Assembly: GCF_013315695.1 (NCBI RefSeq)
Contig: NZ_CP054353.1
Origin: Escherichia coli
GTDB lineage: Bacteria; Pseudomonadota; Gammaproteobacteria; Enterobacterales; Enterobacteriaceae
Direction: 5' to 3' (one strand)
DNA: 64,000 nucleotides
Under the pieces are notes generated by a model that made no database searches, had not been told where the DNA came from, and saw only the letters and a list, made by a program, of their open reading frames with translations. The position numbers and the translations under genes are program-made. This document shows, one piece after another, positions 29,445-40,358 of this stretch (position 1 is the stretch's first letter; each line of letters opens with the position of its first letter).

Positions 29445-30482
29445 TTAATCATCACCCGCCACGCGGATCACCACTTTGCCGAAGTTTTTACCCTTCAGCA
29501 GGCCGATAAACGTCTGTGGCGCATTCTCTAAACCGTCAGTAATTTCTTCGCGGTAGTGGATTTTATCCTCTTTCACCCATTGCCCCATCTCCTTCTGAAA
29601 CTCATGGATGCGGTGACCATAATCCTGAGCAATAATAAACCCTTGCAAGCGAATACGTTTTTTCAGCACCGTAGCCATCAACAAAGGTAAACGATCCGGA
29701 CCGGGTGGTAGCTCTGTAGCGTTATAGCTGCTCACTAAGCCGCAGACGGGAATGCGCGCAGATGTATTAAGTAACGGTAGCACCGCATCAAATACTTTAC
29801 CGCCCACGTTTTCATAATAGATATCAATACCTTTTGGGCACGCTTTCTCCAGTTGTTCGGCAAAATCATCCGCGTGATGGTCAAGACAAACATCAAAGCC
29901 TAACACCTCGGTAGCATGGCGGCATTTTTCCGCGCCACCGGCAACCCCCACCACCCTGCAACCTTTAAGTTTGCCGATTTGCCCCACCGTTGCTCCCACA
30001 GGACCTGTCGCCGCCGCAACCACCAGCGTTTCGCCCTCTTTAGGCTGACCGATATCCAGCAGCCCCATATAAGCAGTAAAGCCTGGCATCCCCAGCACAC
30101 CCAGCGACCACGATGGATTTTGCGGATGATCGCCAAGTTTCACCAGTTCATCACCACTGGATATGTCATAGTCCTGCCATCCACTGTAGCCCAGTACCCA
30201 GTCGCCAGGCTGATAATCAGGATGATTCGACTCCACGACACGGCTCACCGTACCGCCGACCATCACGCCGCCAATATCAACCGGCGGTGAATAAGATGGC
30301 TCATCGCTCATACGTCCACGCATATACGGGTCCAGTGACAAATAAACTGTGCGCAGTAACACTTGTCCTTCACCCGGTGTGGCGACATCATCTTCTTCAA
30401 GACGGAAATTCTCCGGAACCGGTGCGCCATGCGGACGCGAGGCCAGAACCCAACGGCGGTTACGCTGCTTTTGTTGCCCCAT
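29445..30482 (-). CDS. curA: NADPH-dependent curcumin/dihydrocurcumin reductase (MDR family)
   Basis: Start MGQQKQRNRRWVLASRPHG inside track ORF 29445..30575; 345 aa. Confidence 0.88.
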   Translation of the reverse strand: MGQQKQRNRRWVLASRPHGAPVPENFRLEEDDVATPGEGQVLLRTVYLSLDPYMRGRMSDEPSYSPPVDIGGVMVGGTVSRVVESNHPDYQPGDWVLGYSGWQDYDISSGDELVKLGDHPQNPSWSLGVLGMPGFTAYMGLLDIGQPKEGETLVVAAATGPVGATVGQIGKLKGCRVVGVAGGAEKCRHATEVLGFDVCLDHHADDFAEQLEKACPKGIDIYYENVGGKVFDAVLPLLNTSARIPVCGLVSSYNATELPPGPDRLPLLMATVLKKRIRLQGFIIAQDYGHRIHEFQKEMGQWVKEDKIHYREEITDGLENAPQTFIGLLKGKNFGKVVIRVAGDD

Positions 30483-30662
30483 AATGCTCTCCTGTGCTTT
30501 TGGCATGAATCCATCAATAGTAGCAGGCTCGCAGGAATGGTTTTGTTTGCAGCCGTCACATCCCCTCTGCAACACGCAATAATTTCATCGAGGAATCCGT
30601 TGCTTCGGGCTGTTTTCGATAGTATTGATAACGTCATCATCATTATTTTATTGAGGCCAAAC

Positions 30663-31181
30663 ATGTCCATCCGTTTTGCCCGCAAAGCCGACTGTGCTGC
30701 CATTGCGGAAATTTATAACCACGCCGTGTTGTATACGGCGGCTATCTGGAATGACCAAACGGTGGATGCAGATAATCGCATTGCCTGGTTTGAAGCGCGG
30801 ACTTTAGCTGGTTATCCAGTGCTGGTGAGTGAACAAGATGGCGTAGTGACGGGATATGCCTCGTTTGGCGACTGGCGTAGTTTCGATGGTTTTCGCCATA
30901 CCGTGGAACATTCGGTTTATGTCCATCCCGATCATCAGGGCAAAGGTCTGGGGCGTAAATTGTTAAGCCGATTGATTGATGAAGCGCGGGATTGCGGGAA
31001 GCATGTCATGGTCGCCGGGATCGAATCGCAAAATCAGGCTTCGCTGCATCTCCACCAGTCGCTGGGATTTGTCATCACCGCACAAATGCCGCAGGTGGGC
31101 ACTAAATTTGGGCGCTGGCTGGATCTGACATTTATGCAGTTGCAACTCGACGAGCGCACTGAACCGGACGCGATTGGATGA
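30663..31181 (+). CDS. mnaT: GNAT acetyltransferase (L-amino acid N-acyltransferase)
   Basis: Start MSIRFARKADCAAIAEIYN inside track ORF; 172 aa. Confidence 0.88.
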   Translation: MSIRFARKADCAAIAEIYNHAVLYTAAIWNDQTVDADNRIAWFEARTLAGYPVLVSEQDGVVTGYASFGDWRSFDGFRHTVEHSVYVHPDHQGKGLGRKLLSRLIDEARDCGKHVMVAGIESQNQASLHLHQSLGFVITAQMPQVGTKFGRWLDLTFMQLQLDERTEPDAIG

Positions 31182-31627
31182 ATCAGTCGCTCACCCTTGC
31201 TTTTTTGATTGCCGCCGGAATTGGTCTGGTAGTCCAGAACACGCTGATGGTGCGCATCACCCAGACCTCCTCTACCATTCTCATCGCCATGTTGCTGAAC
31301 TCACTGGTGGGGATTGTGCTCTTTGTTTCTATTTTATGGTTTAAACAAGGTATGGCGGGGTTTGGCGAACTGGTGTCCAGCGTGCGCTGGTGGACACTTA
31401 TACCTGGCTTGCTGGGATCGTTTTTTGTCTTCGCCAGTATCAGCGGATATCAGAATGTGGGAGCGGCGACAACTATTGCAGTACTGGTCGCCAGCCAGCT
31501 GATTGGCGGTCTGGTGCTGGATATCTTTCGCAGTCATGGCGTACCACTACGGGCGTTGTTCGGCCCAATTTGTGGCGCAATTTTACTTGTGGTTGGCGCC
31601 TGGCTGGTGGCCAGGCGCACATTTTAA
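31178..31627 (+). CDS. ydcZ: Inner-membrane protein (DUF606)
   Basis: 149 aa hydrophobic, ATGA overlap with mnaT. Confidence 0.85.
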   Translation: MNQSLTLAFLIAAGIGLVVQNTLMVRITQTSSTILIAMLLNSLVGIVLFVSILWFKQGMAGFGELVSSVRWWTLIPGLLGSFFVFASISGYQNVGAATTIAVLVASQLIGGLVLDIFRSHGVPLRALFGPICGAILLVVGAWLVARRTF

Positions 31628-31861
31628 TCAGAGGATGGTGCCACCTTTGGTTAACTGTTCGTGGCGCGCTTCCATATCTTCTTTATGTTTGCGACCGTGA
31701 TGGGCGATCGCTGTGCGCAGACGCTGCTGCTGGGTATAGCGTTCTTCCCGACTTAACTCCGCGTCATCGCTCAGGGCGATTAATAATTCGTTCATATGGG
31801 CAATGACGCTCTCTTCAATCGCGGCATCCACGCGCGCGATGACTTCATCCAGATGCGACAT
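31628..31861 (-). CDS. ydcY: Small uncharacterised protein
   Basis: 77 aa, synteny. Confidence 0.8.
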   Translation of the reverse strand: MSHLDEVIARVDAAIEESVIAHMNELLIALSDDAELSREERYTQQQRLRTAIAHHGRKHKEDMEARHEQLTKGGTIL

Positions 31862-31946
31862 ACTTTCTCCTTAGCCACTTGTGAAATTTATCGATTCATC
31901 CAAATGATATAAGTCTGCGTGGTGCCGTCAAGCCAGTGAGTAAGAT

Positions 31947-32024
31947 TTAAAACAGTGAAAACAACAGCGCCACCGGGAAACTCATCGGCCATGTTGCCCC
32001 CACCAGAAAGGCGCTTAAGAAACG
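31947..32024 (-). pseudogene. ortT: 3' remnant (last 25 codons) of small toxin gene ortT (ydcX), 5' part removed at IS1 junction
   Basis: Minus-strand frame from the IS1 junction reads RFLSAFLVGATWPMSFPVALLFSLF-stop, matching OrtT C-terminus. Confidence 0.65.
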
Positions 32025-32079
32025 GGTGATGCTGCCAACTTACTGATTTAGTGTATGATGGTGTTTTTGAGGTGCTCCA

Positions 32080-32355
32080 GTGGCTTCTGTTTCTATCAGC
32101 TGTCCCTCCTGTTCAGCTACTGACGGGGTGGTGCGTAACGGCAAAAGCACCGCCGGACATCAGCGCTATCTCTGCTCTCACTGCCGTAAAACATGGCAAC
32201 TGCAGTTCACTTACACCGCTTCTCAACCCGGTACGCACCAGAAAATCATTGATATGGCCATGAATGGCGTTGGATGCCGGGCAACAGCCCGCATTATGGG
32301 CGTTGGCCTCAACACGATTTTACGTCACTTAAAAAACTCAGGCCGCAGTCGGTAA
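32080..32355 (+). CDS. insA: IS1 InsA
   Basis: Identical translation to other copies. Confidence 0.95.
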
Positions 32356-32777
32356 CCTCGCGCATACAGCCGGGCAGTGACGTCATCGTCTGCGCGGAAA
32401 TGGACGAACAGTGGGGCTATGTCGGGGCTAAATCGCGCCAGCGCTGGCTGTTTTACGCGTATGACAGGCTCCGGAAGACGGTTGTTGCGCACGTATTCGG
32501 TGAACGCACTATGGCGACGCTGGGGCGTCTTATGAGCCTGCTGTCACCCTTTGACGTGGTGATATGGATGACGGATGGCTGGCCGCTGTATGAATCCCGC
32601 CTGAAGGGAAAGCTGCACGTAATCAGCAAGCGATATACGCAGCGAATTGAGCGGCATAACCTGAATCTGAGGCAGCACCTGGCACGGCTGGGACGGAAGT
32701 CGCTGTCGTTCTCAAAATCGGTGGAGCTGCATGACAAAGTCATCGGGCATTATCTGAACATAAAACACTATCAATAA
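32274..32777 (+). CDS. insB: IS1 InsB
   Basis: Identical translation to other copies. Confidence 0.95.
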
Positions 32778-32846
32778 GTTGGAGTCATTACCGGATTTTC
32801 TTAACCCGTACTATACACATAGGGGCAATGATAAAAGGTGGCAAAA

Positions 32847-32942
32847 ATGAATGTTTCCAGTAGAACTGTAGTACTGATAAATGTCTTTGCTGCTGTTGGT
32901 TTGTTTACTCTTATCTCTATGAGATTTGGCTGGTTTATTTGA
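32847..32942 (+). CDS. yncL: 31-aa small membrane protein MNVSSRTVVLINVFAAVGLFTLISMRFGWFI
   Basis: Short ORF with SD (aaaaggtgg) and hydrophobic helix; below track size cut-off; matches recalled K-12 small protein YncL. Confidence 0.6.
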   Translation: MNVSSRTVVLINVFAAVGLFTLISMRFGWFI

Positions 32943-32964
32943 TGTAGTGATTTTGCACGCAGCA

Positions 32965-32999
32965 CGTACTGTCAGAGAAATCAGTGCTCTGACAGTACG
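32965..32999. terminator. Perfect 13-bp inverted repeat (cgtactgtcagag ... ctctgacagtacg) between yncL and patD
   Basis: Read directly; between convergent genes. Confidence 0.5.
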
Positions 33000-33038
33000 C
33001 AAGATCATCTCATACTCTTACGATCTGCAATATTATCC

Positions 33039-34463
33039 TTAATGTTTAACCATGACGTGGCGGACGACGGTGTAATCCTCCAGCCCATAAAGTGACATAT
33101 CCTTGCCGTAACCAGAAAGTTTCTGCCCACCGTGCGGCATTTCACTTACCAGCATGAAATGGGTATTGACCCAGGTACAACCATATTGCAGCCGCGCGCT
33201 GACGCGATGCGCCCTGCCCACATCTTTCGTCCATACCGAGGATGCAAGTCCGTACTGACTGTCATTCGCCCAGTTCACCACCTGTTCTTCGTTGTCGAAG
33301 AGCGTAACACTCACTACCGGACCAAATACCTCTTTTTGCACGATGGCATCATCCTGTAATGCGCCAGCCAGTAGCGTCGGCGCATAGTAATAGCCATTAC
33401 CCTTGCGCTTTTCACCACCGGTGATCACTTTGATGTGCCCTGTCGCTTTCGCCTCTTCTACCGCCTTGCTGACGCGTTCGAGATGCGCCAGCGAGCTTAA
33501 AGGTCCAAGCTCCGTAGACTCGTCAGCCGGTGCACCCGATTTTAACGTTGCCACCGCAGCACCGAGTTTTTCCACCAGCGTATCGTAAATGCCTTTTTGC
33601 GCGTAGATCCGACAAGCCGCTGTACAATCCTGTCCGGCATTGTAATAGCCAAAAGTACGTACACCTTCGACCACTGCTTCAATATCCGCATCATCAAAAA
33701 CAATCACTGGCGCTTTGCCACCAAGTTCCATATGAGTACGCTTAATCGACGGCGCGGTATGGCTGATGATGTGCTCGCCGGTGGCGATAGAGCCCGTCAG
33801 CGACACCATCCGCACTTTAGGATGTCCGGTCAGCGGATCGCCCACCGTTTTGCCTCTGCCAAACAGTACGTTAATCACGCCTGCCGGGAAGATATCTTTC
33901 GCCAGCTCTGCCAACTTCAACGCGGTCAGCGGGGTAATTTCTGATGGTTTAAGCACTACGCAGTTCCCTGCCGCCAGCGCCGGAGCCAGTTTCCACGCGG
34001 CCATCATCAGCGGATAATTCCACGGTGCGATAGAAGCCACGACCCCCAACGGATCGCGACGGATCATCGAAGTATGACCTTCAAGATATTCACCTGCCGC
34101 CAGACCATTCAGACAGCGCGCCGCACCCGCGAAAAAGCGAAAGACATCGACAATCGCCGGGATTTCATCATTGAACGCACTATGCAGTGGTTTGCCACAA
34201 TTACGGGACTCCAGTTCGGCAAAAACCTGACCATTTTCTTCGATAACATCAGCCAGTTTCAGCAGACATTCCGCACGCACTTTCGGCGTGGTTTGCCCCC
34301 ATTCGGCAAATGCTGCATCTGCCGCGCGCACAGCAGCATCGACCTGCTCTGCGGATGCCTCGGCAATCTCCAGTAAAACGTCCCCCGTTGCCGGATTATA
34401 GACAGGCTGTTTTTCCCCTTCGCCGCTAACCAGTTCTCCGTTAATCAGTAACTTATGTTGCAT
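33039..34463 (-). CDS. patD: Gamma-aminobutyraldehyde dehydrogenase
   Basis: 474 aa aldehyde dehydrogenase starting [27 protein letters not shown]. Confidence 0.9.
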   Translation of the reverse strand: MQHKLLINGELVSGEGEKQPVYNPATGDVLLEIAEASAEQVDAAVRAADAAFAEWGQTTPKVRAECLLKLADVIEENGQVFAELESRNCGKPLHSAFNDEIPAIVDVFRFFAGAARCLNGLAAGEYLEGHTSMIRRDPLGVVASIAPWNYPLMMAAWKLAPALAAGNCVVLKPSEITPLTALKLAELAKDIFPAGVINVLFGRGKTVGDPLTGHPKVRMVSLTGSIATGEHIISHTAPSIKRTHMELGGKAPVIVFDDADIEAVVEGVRTFGYYNAGQDCTAACRIYAQKGIYDTLVEKLGAAVATLKSGAPADESTELGPLSSLAHLERVSKAVEEAKATGHIKVITGGEKRKGNGYYYAPTLLAGALQDDAIVQKEVFGPVVSVTLFDNEEQVVNWANDSQYGLASSVWTKDVGRAHRVSARLQYGCTWVNTHFMLVSEMPHGGQKLSGYGKDMSLYGLEDYTVVRHVMVKH

Positions 34464-34484
34464 AGCATATTCCTGTATCAGTGG

Positions 34485-35279
34485 TTATTGACCATTGTCG
34501 CCTTCGCGGGTTAGCCACCAGGCTCCCAGGATCGGCAAGGTTGTTACCAACATAACCAGCAGTGCCACGACGTTGGTTACCGGTACATCACGTGGTCGCC
34601 CAAGCTGATTGAGTAACCACAACGGTAACGTTCGTTCATGACCTGCCGTAAAAGTCGTAACGATGATTTCATCGAACGACAAAGCAAACGCCAGCATTCC
34701 TCCTGCCAGTAGCGCCGAACTGAGATTCGGCAACACTACGTAGCGGAAGGTTTGCCAGCCATTGGCCCCAAGATCCATTGACGCCTCAACCAGACTCCAC
34801 GAGGTGCGGCGAAAACGGGCGATGACATTGTTAAACACCACCACTACGCAAAAAGTCGCATGGCCGACCACGATGGTGAAAAATCCCGGCTCCAGATTGA
34901 TGGTTTTAAAGGCGGTTAATAGCGCCAGACCAGTGACAATGCCCGGCAGCGCAATGGGCAGCAGCAGTAACAGCGAAATGGCATTTTTGCCGAAAAAGTC
35001 TCGTCGCCACAGCGCAGCAGCTGCCAGCGTCCCTAACACCAGCGCGATTAATGTCGCCAGCGCTGCCACTTTAAGTGACAGTGTCACGGAATCAAGAATA
35101 TCACTACGCTGTGCTGCCACGCTAAACCAGCGCAGCGTCAGGCCTTGCGGTGGAAAACTAAACGCCGCATCTTCAGTGTTAAATGCATAGGCGGCGATAA
35201 TCAGGATAGGAAAATGTAGGAAAACTACGCCGCCCCAGGCCGCCAGTTTGAGGAAAAACGGTGCGCGTTCAGAGTGCAT
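34485..35279 (-). CDS. ydcV: ABC transporter permease
   Basis: 264 aa, operon ydcSTUV. Confidence 0.88.
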   Translation of the reverse strand: MHSERAPFFLKLAAWGGVVFLHFPILIIAAYAFNTEDAAFSFPPQGLTLRWFSVAAQRSDILDSVTLSLKVAALATLIALVLGTLAAAALWRRDFFGKNAISLLLLLPIALPGIVTGLALLTAFKTINLEPGFFTIVVGHATFCVVVVFNNVIARFRRTSWSLVEASMDLGANGWQTFRYVVLPNLSSALLAGGMLAFALSFDEIIVTTFTAGHERTLPLWLLNQLGRPRDVPVTNVVALLVMLVTTLPILGAWWLTREGDNGQ

Positions 35280-36210
35280 CGAACGCTCCCAGACGTTTCA
35301 CGAACGCCAGGTACAGTGCGATGAGAACAATCGGCACCAGGGTGAATGCCGCCGCCATCGGCATATTGCCAATCGCTCCCTGCTGGGAATAAACCATATT
35401 GCCGATAAAATATCCTGGCGGGCCAACCAGTTGCGGGACGATAAAATCACCCAGTGTGAGTGAGAAGGTAAAGATAGAGCCAGCGGCAATACCCGGGATC
35501 GCCAGCGGCAACACTACATAGCGGAAAGTTTGTCTAGGACGAGCGCCAAGATCAGCCGACGCCTGCAACAATGACGGCGGCAAACGCTCCAGCGCTGCCT
35601 GCACCGGCAGGATCATGAACGGCAGCCAGATATAAAGAAACACGAGAAAGCGTCCCAGTCCTGACGTTGACAGCGTATTGCCGCCCACCGCCGGTAGTGT
35701 GAGAAACGCCGTGAGTAGTGGCTCCAGCCCAAGATGCTGTAAAAACCACTGCGCTACACCGTCTTTAGCCAGCAATAATGTCCAGGCATAGGCTTTAACA
35801 ATGTAGCTTGCCCACATGGGTAACATTACCGCAATGTAGAAGAACGCTTTCATTTTTCCGCTGGTATAGCGCGCCATATACCACGCCATTGGAAAAGCCA
35901 GAATGGCGCTGGCGATAGTGACTGCCACAGCCATAATCAGCGTGCGGAGAATGATGTCGTAATTCGCCGGATTAAACAGCGCACGGATATTGGCCAGCGT
36001 CAGTTCCGGCGTTACCGACATGGTGAAATCGTCAAAGGTATAAAAGCCCTGCCATAACAGCGTTAGCAGCGAGCCAAAATAGACAATGCCAAACCACATT
36101 AGCGGGCCAAGCAGCAGTAAAAACAGCCCCAGCCCCGGATTACGCCAGAAGAAACCGGAAACCTTACCCAGACCTGGACGTGAAGGTGATTGCAATACAT
36201 TCATCGCCAT
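35269..36210 (-). CDS. ydcU: ABC transporter permease
   Basis: 313 aa. Confidence 0.88.
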   Translation of the reverse strand: MAMNVLQSPSRPGLGKVSGFFWRNPGLGLFLLLLGPLMWFGIVYFGSLLTLLWQGFYTFDDFTMSVTPELTLANIRALFNPANYDIILRTLIMAVAVTIASAILAFPMAWYMARYTSGKMKAFFYIAVMLPMWASYIVKAYAWTLLLAKDGVAQWFLQHLGLEPLLTAFLTLPAVGGNTLSTSGLGRFLVFLYIWLPFMILPVQAALERLPPSLLQASADLGARPRQTFRYVVLPLAIPGIAAGSIFTFSLTLGDFIVPQLVGPPGYFIGNMVYSQQGAIGNMPMAAAFTLVPIVLIALYLAFVKRLGAFDAL

Positions 36211-37224
36211 TCACCTCTCCTCAACCAGCGGCACCATCACATCACGCGACCAGGAAACCATCACCTGTTGACCGGGCGTGAGCGTATTGGGTAAGTCTTC
36301 GCCCGTTACATTTGCCTGGCTAACCAGCAGTTTTTCTCCACCGCTAAGTTTCAGTTCAAAACGTGTGGCTGCCCCCTGATATTGCACCGCCTGAATCGTG
36401 CCATTAGCCTGCACTTCGCCGGGGATGTTGAAGCGGATATGTTCCGGTCGCAGGGCGAAGCTTCCCGTCATGCCACAAAGTTTGTCTGCCATCAGTGCAT
36501 CAAAAACATTCGATGTCCCGACGAACCCGGCAACAAACGGCGTGCGCGGGCGCATATAGAGATCGCGCGGGGAATCGACCTGCTCAATGCGTCCATTATT
36601 GAAAACCGCCACACGATCGGACATCGATAACGCTTCGCCCTGATCGTGGGTAACGAAGATAAAAGTGATACCGAGAGACTGTTGCAGCTTTTTCAGTTCC
36701 AGTTGCATCTGCTCACGCAATTTGAGATCCAGTGCGCCGAGCGGTTCATCCAACAGCAATACGCGCGGTTCATTCACCAGTGCTCTGGCAATAGCAACCC
36801 GTTGGCGCTGACCACCAGAAAGTTGTGACGGTTTACGTTGCTGTACAAACCCCAACGCCACTTTCTCCAGCGCCTCCTGCGCCATCGCATGCCGCTGCTT
36901 TTTATTCACGCCTTTGACCATCAGCCCATAGGCGACATTGTCAAGAATCGACATATGCGGGAATAGCGCGTAGTCCTGAAAGACAGTATTCACGTCCCGC
37001 TCCCACGGTGGCAGATTGCTGGCGGGTTTACCAAAGATAGAGATAGCCCCGCCGGAAAGTTGTTCGAATCCAGCAATCAGGCGCAGGCAGGTGGTTTTGC
37101 CGGAACCGGACGGCCCCAGCATAGAGAAGAACTCACCATCTTTTATCGCAATACTGACGCCATCTACTGCGCGCACGTCACCGTACAACCGTGAGACGTT
37201 GTCAAACTCCACTGCGTACGTCAT
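36211..37224 (-). CDS. ydcT: ABC transporter ATP-binding protein
   Basis: 337 aa, Walker A GPSGSGKTT, signature LSGGQRQR. Confidence 0.9.
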   Translation of the reverse strand: MTYAVEFDNVSRLYGDVRAVDGVSIAIKDGEFFSMLGPSGSGKTTCLRLIAGFEQLSGGAISIFGKPASNLPPWERDVNTVFQDYALFPHMSILDNVAYGLMVKGVNKKQRHAMAQEALEKVALGFVQQRKPSQLSGGQRQRVAIARALVNEPRVLLLDEPLGALDLKLREQMQLELKKLQQSLGITFIFVTHDQGEALSMSDRVAVFNNGRIEQVDSPRDLYMRPRTPFVAGFVGTSNVFDALMADKLCGMTGSFALRPEHIRFNIPGEVQANGTIQAVQYQGAATRFELKLSGGEKLLVSQANVTGEDLPNTLTPGQQVMVSWSRDVMVPLVEER

Positions 37225-37241
37225 AAAACACCCCAGCGAAG

Positions 37242-38387
37242 TTAGCGACCACCCATAATGGCAATGTAATCCTGCGTCCAGCGACTGTAGGGAACAAACT
37301 TGCCCCCTTCTGCTATAGGCGTTTTCCAGAAGGCGATTTTATCGAAATAGTTAAAACCGTTTGTTTCACAACCTTTCTCGCCTAATAACGGACTGGCTTT
37401 ACACCCTTGCGGCACTACTGGTAGCGAGCCAAACCAGGCCGCCACATCGCCCTGCACTTTTGGGGTTAATGACCAGTTCATCCATTTGTAGGCGCAAACC
37501 GGATGTTTCGCTTCGCTATGTAGCATGGTGGTATCAGCCCAACCGGTAACGCCCTCCTTCGGGAAAACGGTAGCGACAGGCTGGCCTTCGGCTTTCAGGG
37601 CGTTGGCCTGATAGGGCCATGCACTGGAAGCAACCACACCCTCGTTTTTGAAATCGCTCATTTGCACGGTAGTGTCATGCCAGTAGCGATGGATCAAACT
37701 ATGTTGATCGCGCAGCACTTTCAGCACCGCCTGGTACTGTTCTTCGGTGAGTTGATACGGATCGCTGATGCCCAACTGTGGCTGAGTGGCTTTAACGAAC
37801 AACGCAGCGTCCGCAATGTAGATAGGGCCATCATAAGCCTGAACGCGGCCTTTATTGCTCTTGCCGTCCGGCAGATTCTGCTCAACAAAAACCACTTGCC
37901 AGCTATTCGGCGGCGTCGGGAAGGTTTTAGTGTTGTACATCAGCAGGTTCGGCCCCCATTGGTAAGGTGTGCCGTAAACTTTGCCGCCAACGTTAAACCA
38001 GTCGCCTTTAACCACGCGCGGATCGAGCGCTTTCCAGTTGGGAATCAATGCGGTATTAATCGGCTGCACGCGTTTGCCCATAATCAGGCGCAGCGAGGCA
38101 TCGCCGGATGCCGTAACCAGATCGTAACCCCCTTTGGTCATCAGACTGACCATTTCATCGGAAGTCGCGGCGGTTTTCACATTCACCGCGCAGCCTGTCT
38201 CTTTTTCGAATTGCGTTACCCAGTCGTATTGTTTATCAGTTTGTCCGCGTTCGATGTATCCCGGCCAGGCGATAATATCCAGTCGCCCTTCCGGTTTATC
38301 TAAATTGGTAGGCGGTTCGGCGGCGTGAGCGGTCATTATTGTCATGGTGAGCGCACACAGGCTGCTGCGGGCAAATATCTTGCTCAT
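37242..38387 (-). CDS. ydcS: Periplasmic polyamine-type substrate-binding protein
   Basis: 381 aa with signal peptide. Confidence 0.88.
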   Translation of the reverse strand: MSKIFARSSLCALTMTIMTAHAAEPPTNLDKPEGRLDIIAWPGYIERGQTDKQYDWVTQFEKETGCAVNVKTAATSDEMVSLMTKGGYDLVTASGDASLRLIMGKRVQPINTALIPNWKALDPRVVKGDWFNVGGKVYGTPYQWGPNLLMYNTKTFPTPPNSWQVVFVEQNLPDGKSNKGRVQAYDGPIYIADAALFVKATQPQLGISDPYQLTEEQYQAVLKVLRDQHSLIHRYWHDTTVQMSDFKNEGVVASSAWPYQANALKAEGQPVATVFPKEGVTGWADTTMLHSEAKHPVCAYKWMNWSLTPKVQGDVAAWFGSLPVVPQGCKASPLLGEKGCETNGFNYFDKIAFWKTPIAEGGKFVPYSRWTQDYIAIMGGR

Positions 38388-38631
38388 AAGGTCTTACTCC
38401 TGTCGTAATTAATTGTTCAGCCGCCGTGCCGTAAAAATATCTCCTTGTTTAACCATAGACGGCGGCTAGCAGGCACACCTTCGCCCCTGAGAAAATTTAA
38501 TCAGGTTGTGAGCTACCGCGCATTATGCCCTCTGTAAGGTTATCTTCTGGAGTATAGACAAGGAGTTAGGAAATATGACTGCTATTCGAAATTCATATTA
38601 CCCATCCTGAGAGGAATTAAATTAAACGCTA

Positions 38632-40038
38632 TTACAGCCGTTCTTGAATAAGTTTGCCTAATTGTTTTACCGCCTGTTCTTCACGTTCTCCCCACTGCCA
38701 CGCGGTATTAAAACGAAAAAAACGTGACCAGTTTTCACCGGTAGAAAACATTTTACCCGGCGCAATACTGATATGATGCGTCAGTGCCACCAGGCTTAAT
38801 TCTCCTGCATCTAACGGCTCGGGGAGCTCCAGCCAGAGAAAATAACCGCTGTCATTGTGATGAATTTTGACTTCCGCAGGCAGATAACGCAGCAAAGCCT
38901 GCCAGGCGCGTTGTTTACGTTCCGCAAGCTGGCGACGCAGACGACGAAGATGAGCATCGTATCGGCGAGTAGAAAGGTAATCCACCAGCGCAAGCTGCAT
39001 CGGTGAGCTGGTGGAAAGCGTACTCATCAACTGCAAGCGTTGAATTTTACGTGCATGTTTTCCGGCGGCGACCCAACCAATACGAAAACCAGGCACCAGA
39101 CATTTCGAAAACGAAGAGCAATGCAAAACACCATCGTGGTGATCCCACGCTTTCGCAGGCAGCGGTTTTTCCCGTCCAAAATAAAGTTCGCTGTAAACGT
39201 CATCTTCAATCAGCGTTACGTTGTACTGATTGAGCAACGCCACCAGTTGTGCTTTTTTTTGCGGTGTTAAGGTAAATCCGAGTGGATTCTGGCTATTAGT
39301 CATCAGCCAGCACGCTTTCACCGGATACTCCTGCAACGCCAGTTCCAACGCCTGAAGATCTATCCCTTCTTTAACATCCGTCGCCACTGATAACGCTTTC
39401 AGCCGTAGCCGTTCCAGCGCCTGCAACGCGCCATAGAAACAAGGATTCTCTACTATCACCCAATCGCCCGGTTCAGTGACCGCTTGTAAACTGAGGTTTA
39501 ATGCCTCTAACGCCCCGACGGTAATGACAATTTCATCAGGAGAAATAGTGATGCCCTGTAAGGCATAGCGACGAGCAATAGCCTGACGCAGTTCTGCGTT
39601 TCCTGGCGGTAAGTTTTCAATCACGCTCATCGCCGTGGCGGTTTTGCTTACCTGCGCCAGCGAGCGGTTTAGTTGTTGGAGGGGGAAAAGTCGCGGGTCG
39701 GGAAAGGCCGAGGCAAACGGAACGACCGACGGATCGCGACTGGCCTGCAACATATCAAAAATATAAGTGTTGATATCGACTGCTTCATCTCGAGTGACTG
39801 GAATGACTGGCGCTTTCGGCATTTTTATTGCCTGTGGCGCAACGTAATAACCCGACTGCGGTCGTGCGATAATATATCCCTGACTTTCGAGCAACTGATA
39901 GGCATGGCTCACGGTCATAAAGCTCATGCCAGAAAGTGCCACCTGGTCACGCAACGAAGGCAAACGATCTCCGGGTTGCCAGATACCCGACGCAATCTGC
40001 TCGCGTAATTGTTCTGCAAGCTGCTGGTATTTTTTCAT
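38632..40038 (-). CDS. ydcR: MocR-type regulator (GntR HTH fused to aminotransferase fold)
   Basis: 468 aa. Confidence 0.88.
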   Translation of the reverse strand: MKKYQQLAEQLREQIASGIWQPGDRLPSLRDQVALSGMSFMTVSHAYQLLESQGYIIARPQSGYYVAPQAIKMPKAPVIPVTRDEAVDINTYIFDMLQASRDPSVVPFASAFPDPRLFPLQQLNRSLAQVSKTATAMSVIENLPPGNAELRQAIARRYALQGITISPDEIVITVGALEALNLSLQAVTEPGDWVIVENPCFYGALQALERLRLKALSVATDVKEGIDLQALELALQEYPVKACWLMTNSQNPLGFTLTPQKKAQLVALLNQYNVTLIEDDVYSELYFGREKPLPAKAWDHHDGVLHCSSFSKCLVPGFRIGWVAAGKHARKIQRLQLMSTLSTSSPMQLALVDYLSTRRYDAHLRRLRRQLAERKQRAWQALLRYLPAEVKIHHNDSGYFLWLELPEPLDAGELSLVALTHHISIAPGKMFSTGENWSRFFRFNTAWQWGEREEQAVKQLGKLIQERL

Positions 40039-40147
40039 TATCGAATCGTTATTATGTGCAGGTGATTCGGCAGTCTATATCAGTTGTTAAAAATGACAAC
40101 TTTTCATTAACTGTTATCAAACCATCACCAGCGATAACTCCTTGCCT

Positions 40148-40183
<36 letters not shown>

Positions 40184-40358
40184 TTACCTCCGTGTGTAAT
40201 GTGCTCGAAAATAGCACTAAATCGCCGCAACGGCAGAATGCTATGCAAAATCAGGAAGGAAGATTCCAGAATTTCTTTGCGCTAATTTGCAAAACTGAAT
40301 AATAACCTCAAGAAACGATCGGCATCATAGCGTCAAAAGGTTAGAAAAAGGTGGCGGG

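Larger units (their letters stand above)
32025..32792 (+). mobile_element. IS1 (768 bp), copy 3, no target-site duplication
   Basis: Canonical ends; flanks taagaaacg / ggattttct differ. Confidence 0.95.

Noticed and set aside
18979-32792. Composite IS1 transposon carrying the genes between copies 1 and 3
   Set aside because: The outer flanks do not share a target-site duplication and the enclosed genes are conserved core genes in K-12 order, so this looks like independent IS1 events rather than a mobilised unit.
32811-33008. 65-aa minus-strand ORF between IS1 and patD
   Set aside because: Overlaps, in antisense, the better-supported 31-aa yncL ORF (ribosome-binding site, hydrophobic helix, matches a known small protein) and the palindromic terminator.
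37662-38303. 213-aa plus-strand ORF
   Set aside because: Antisense within ydcS.
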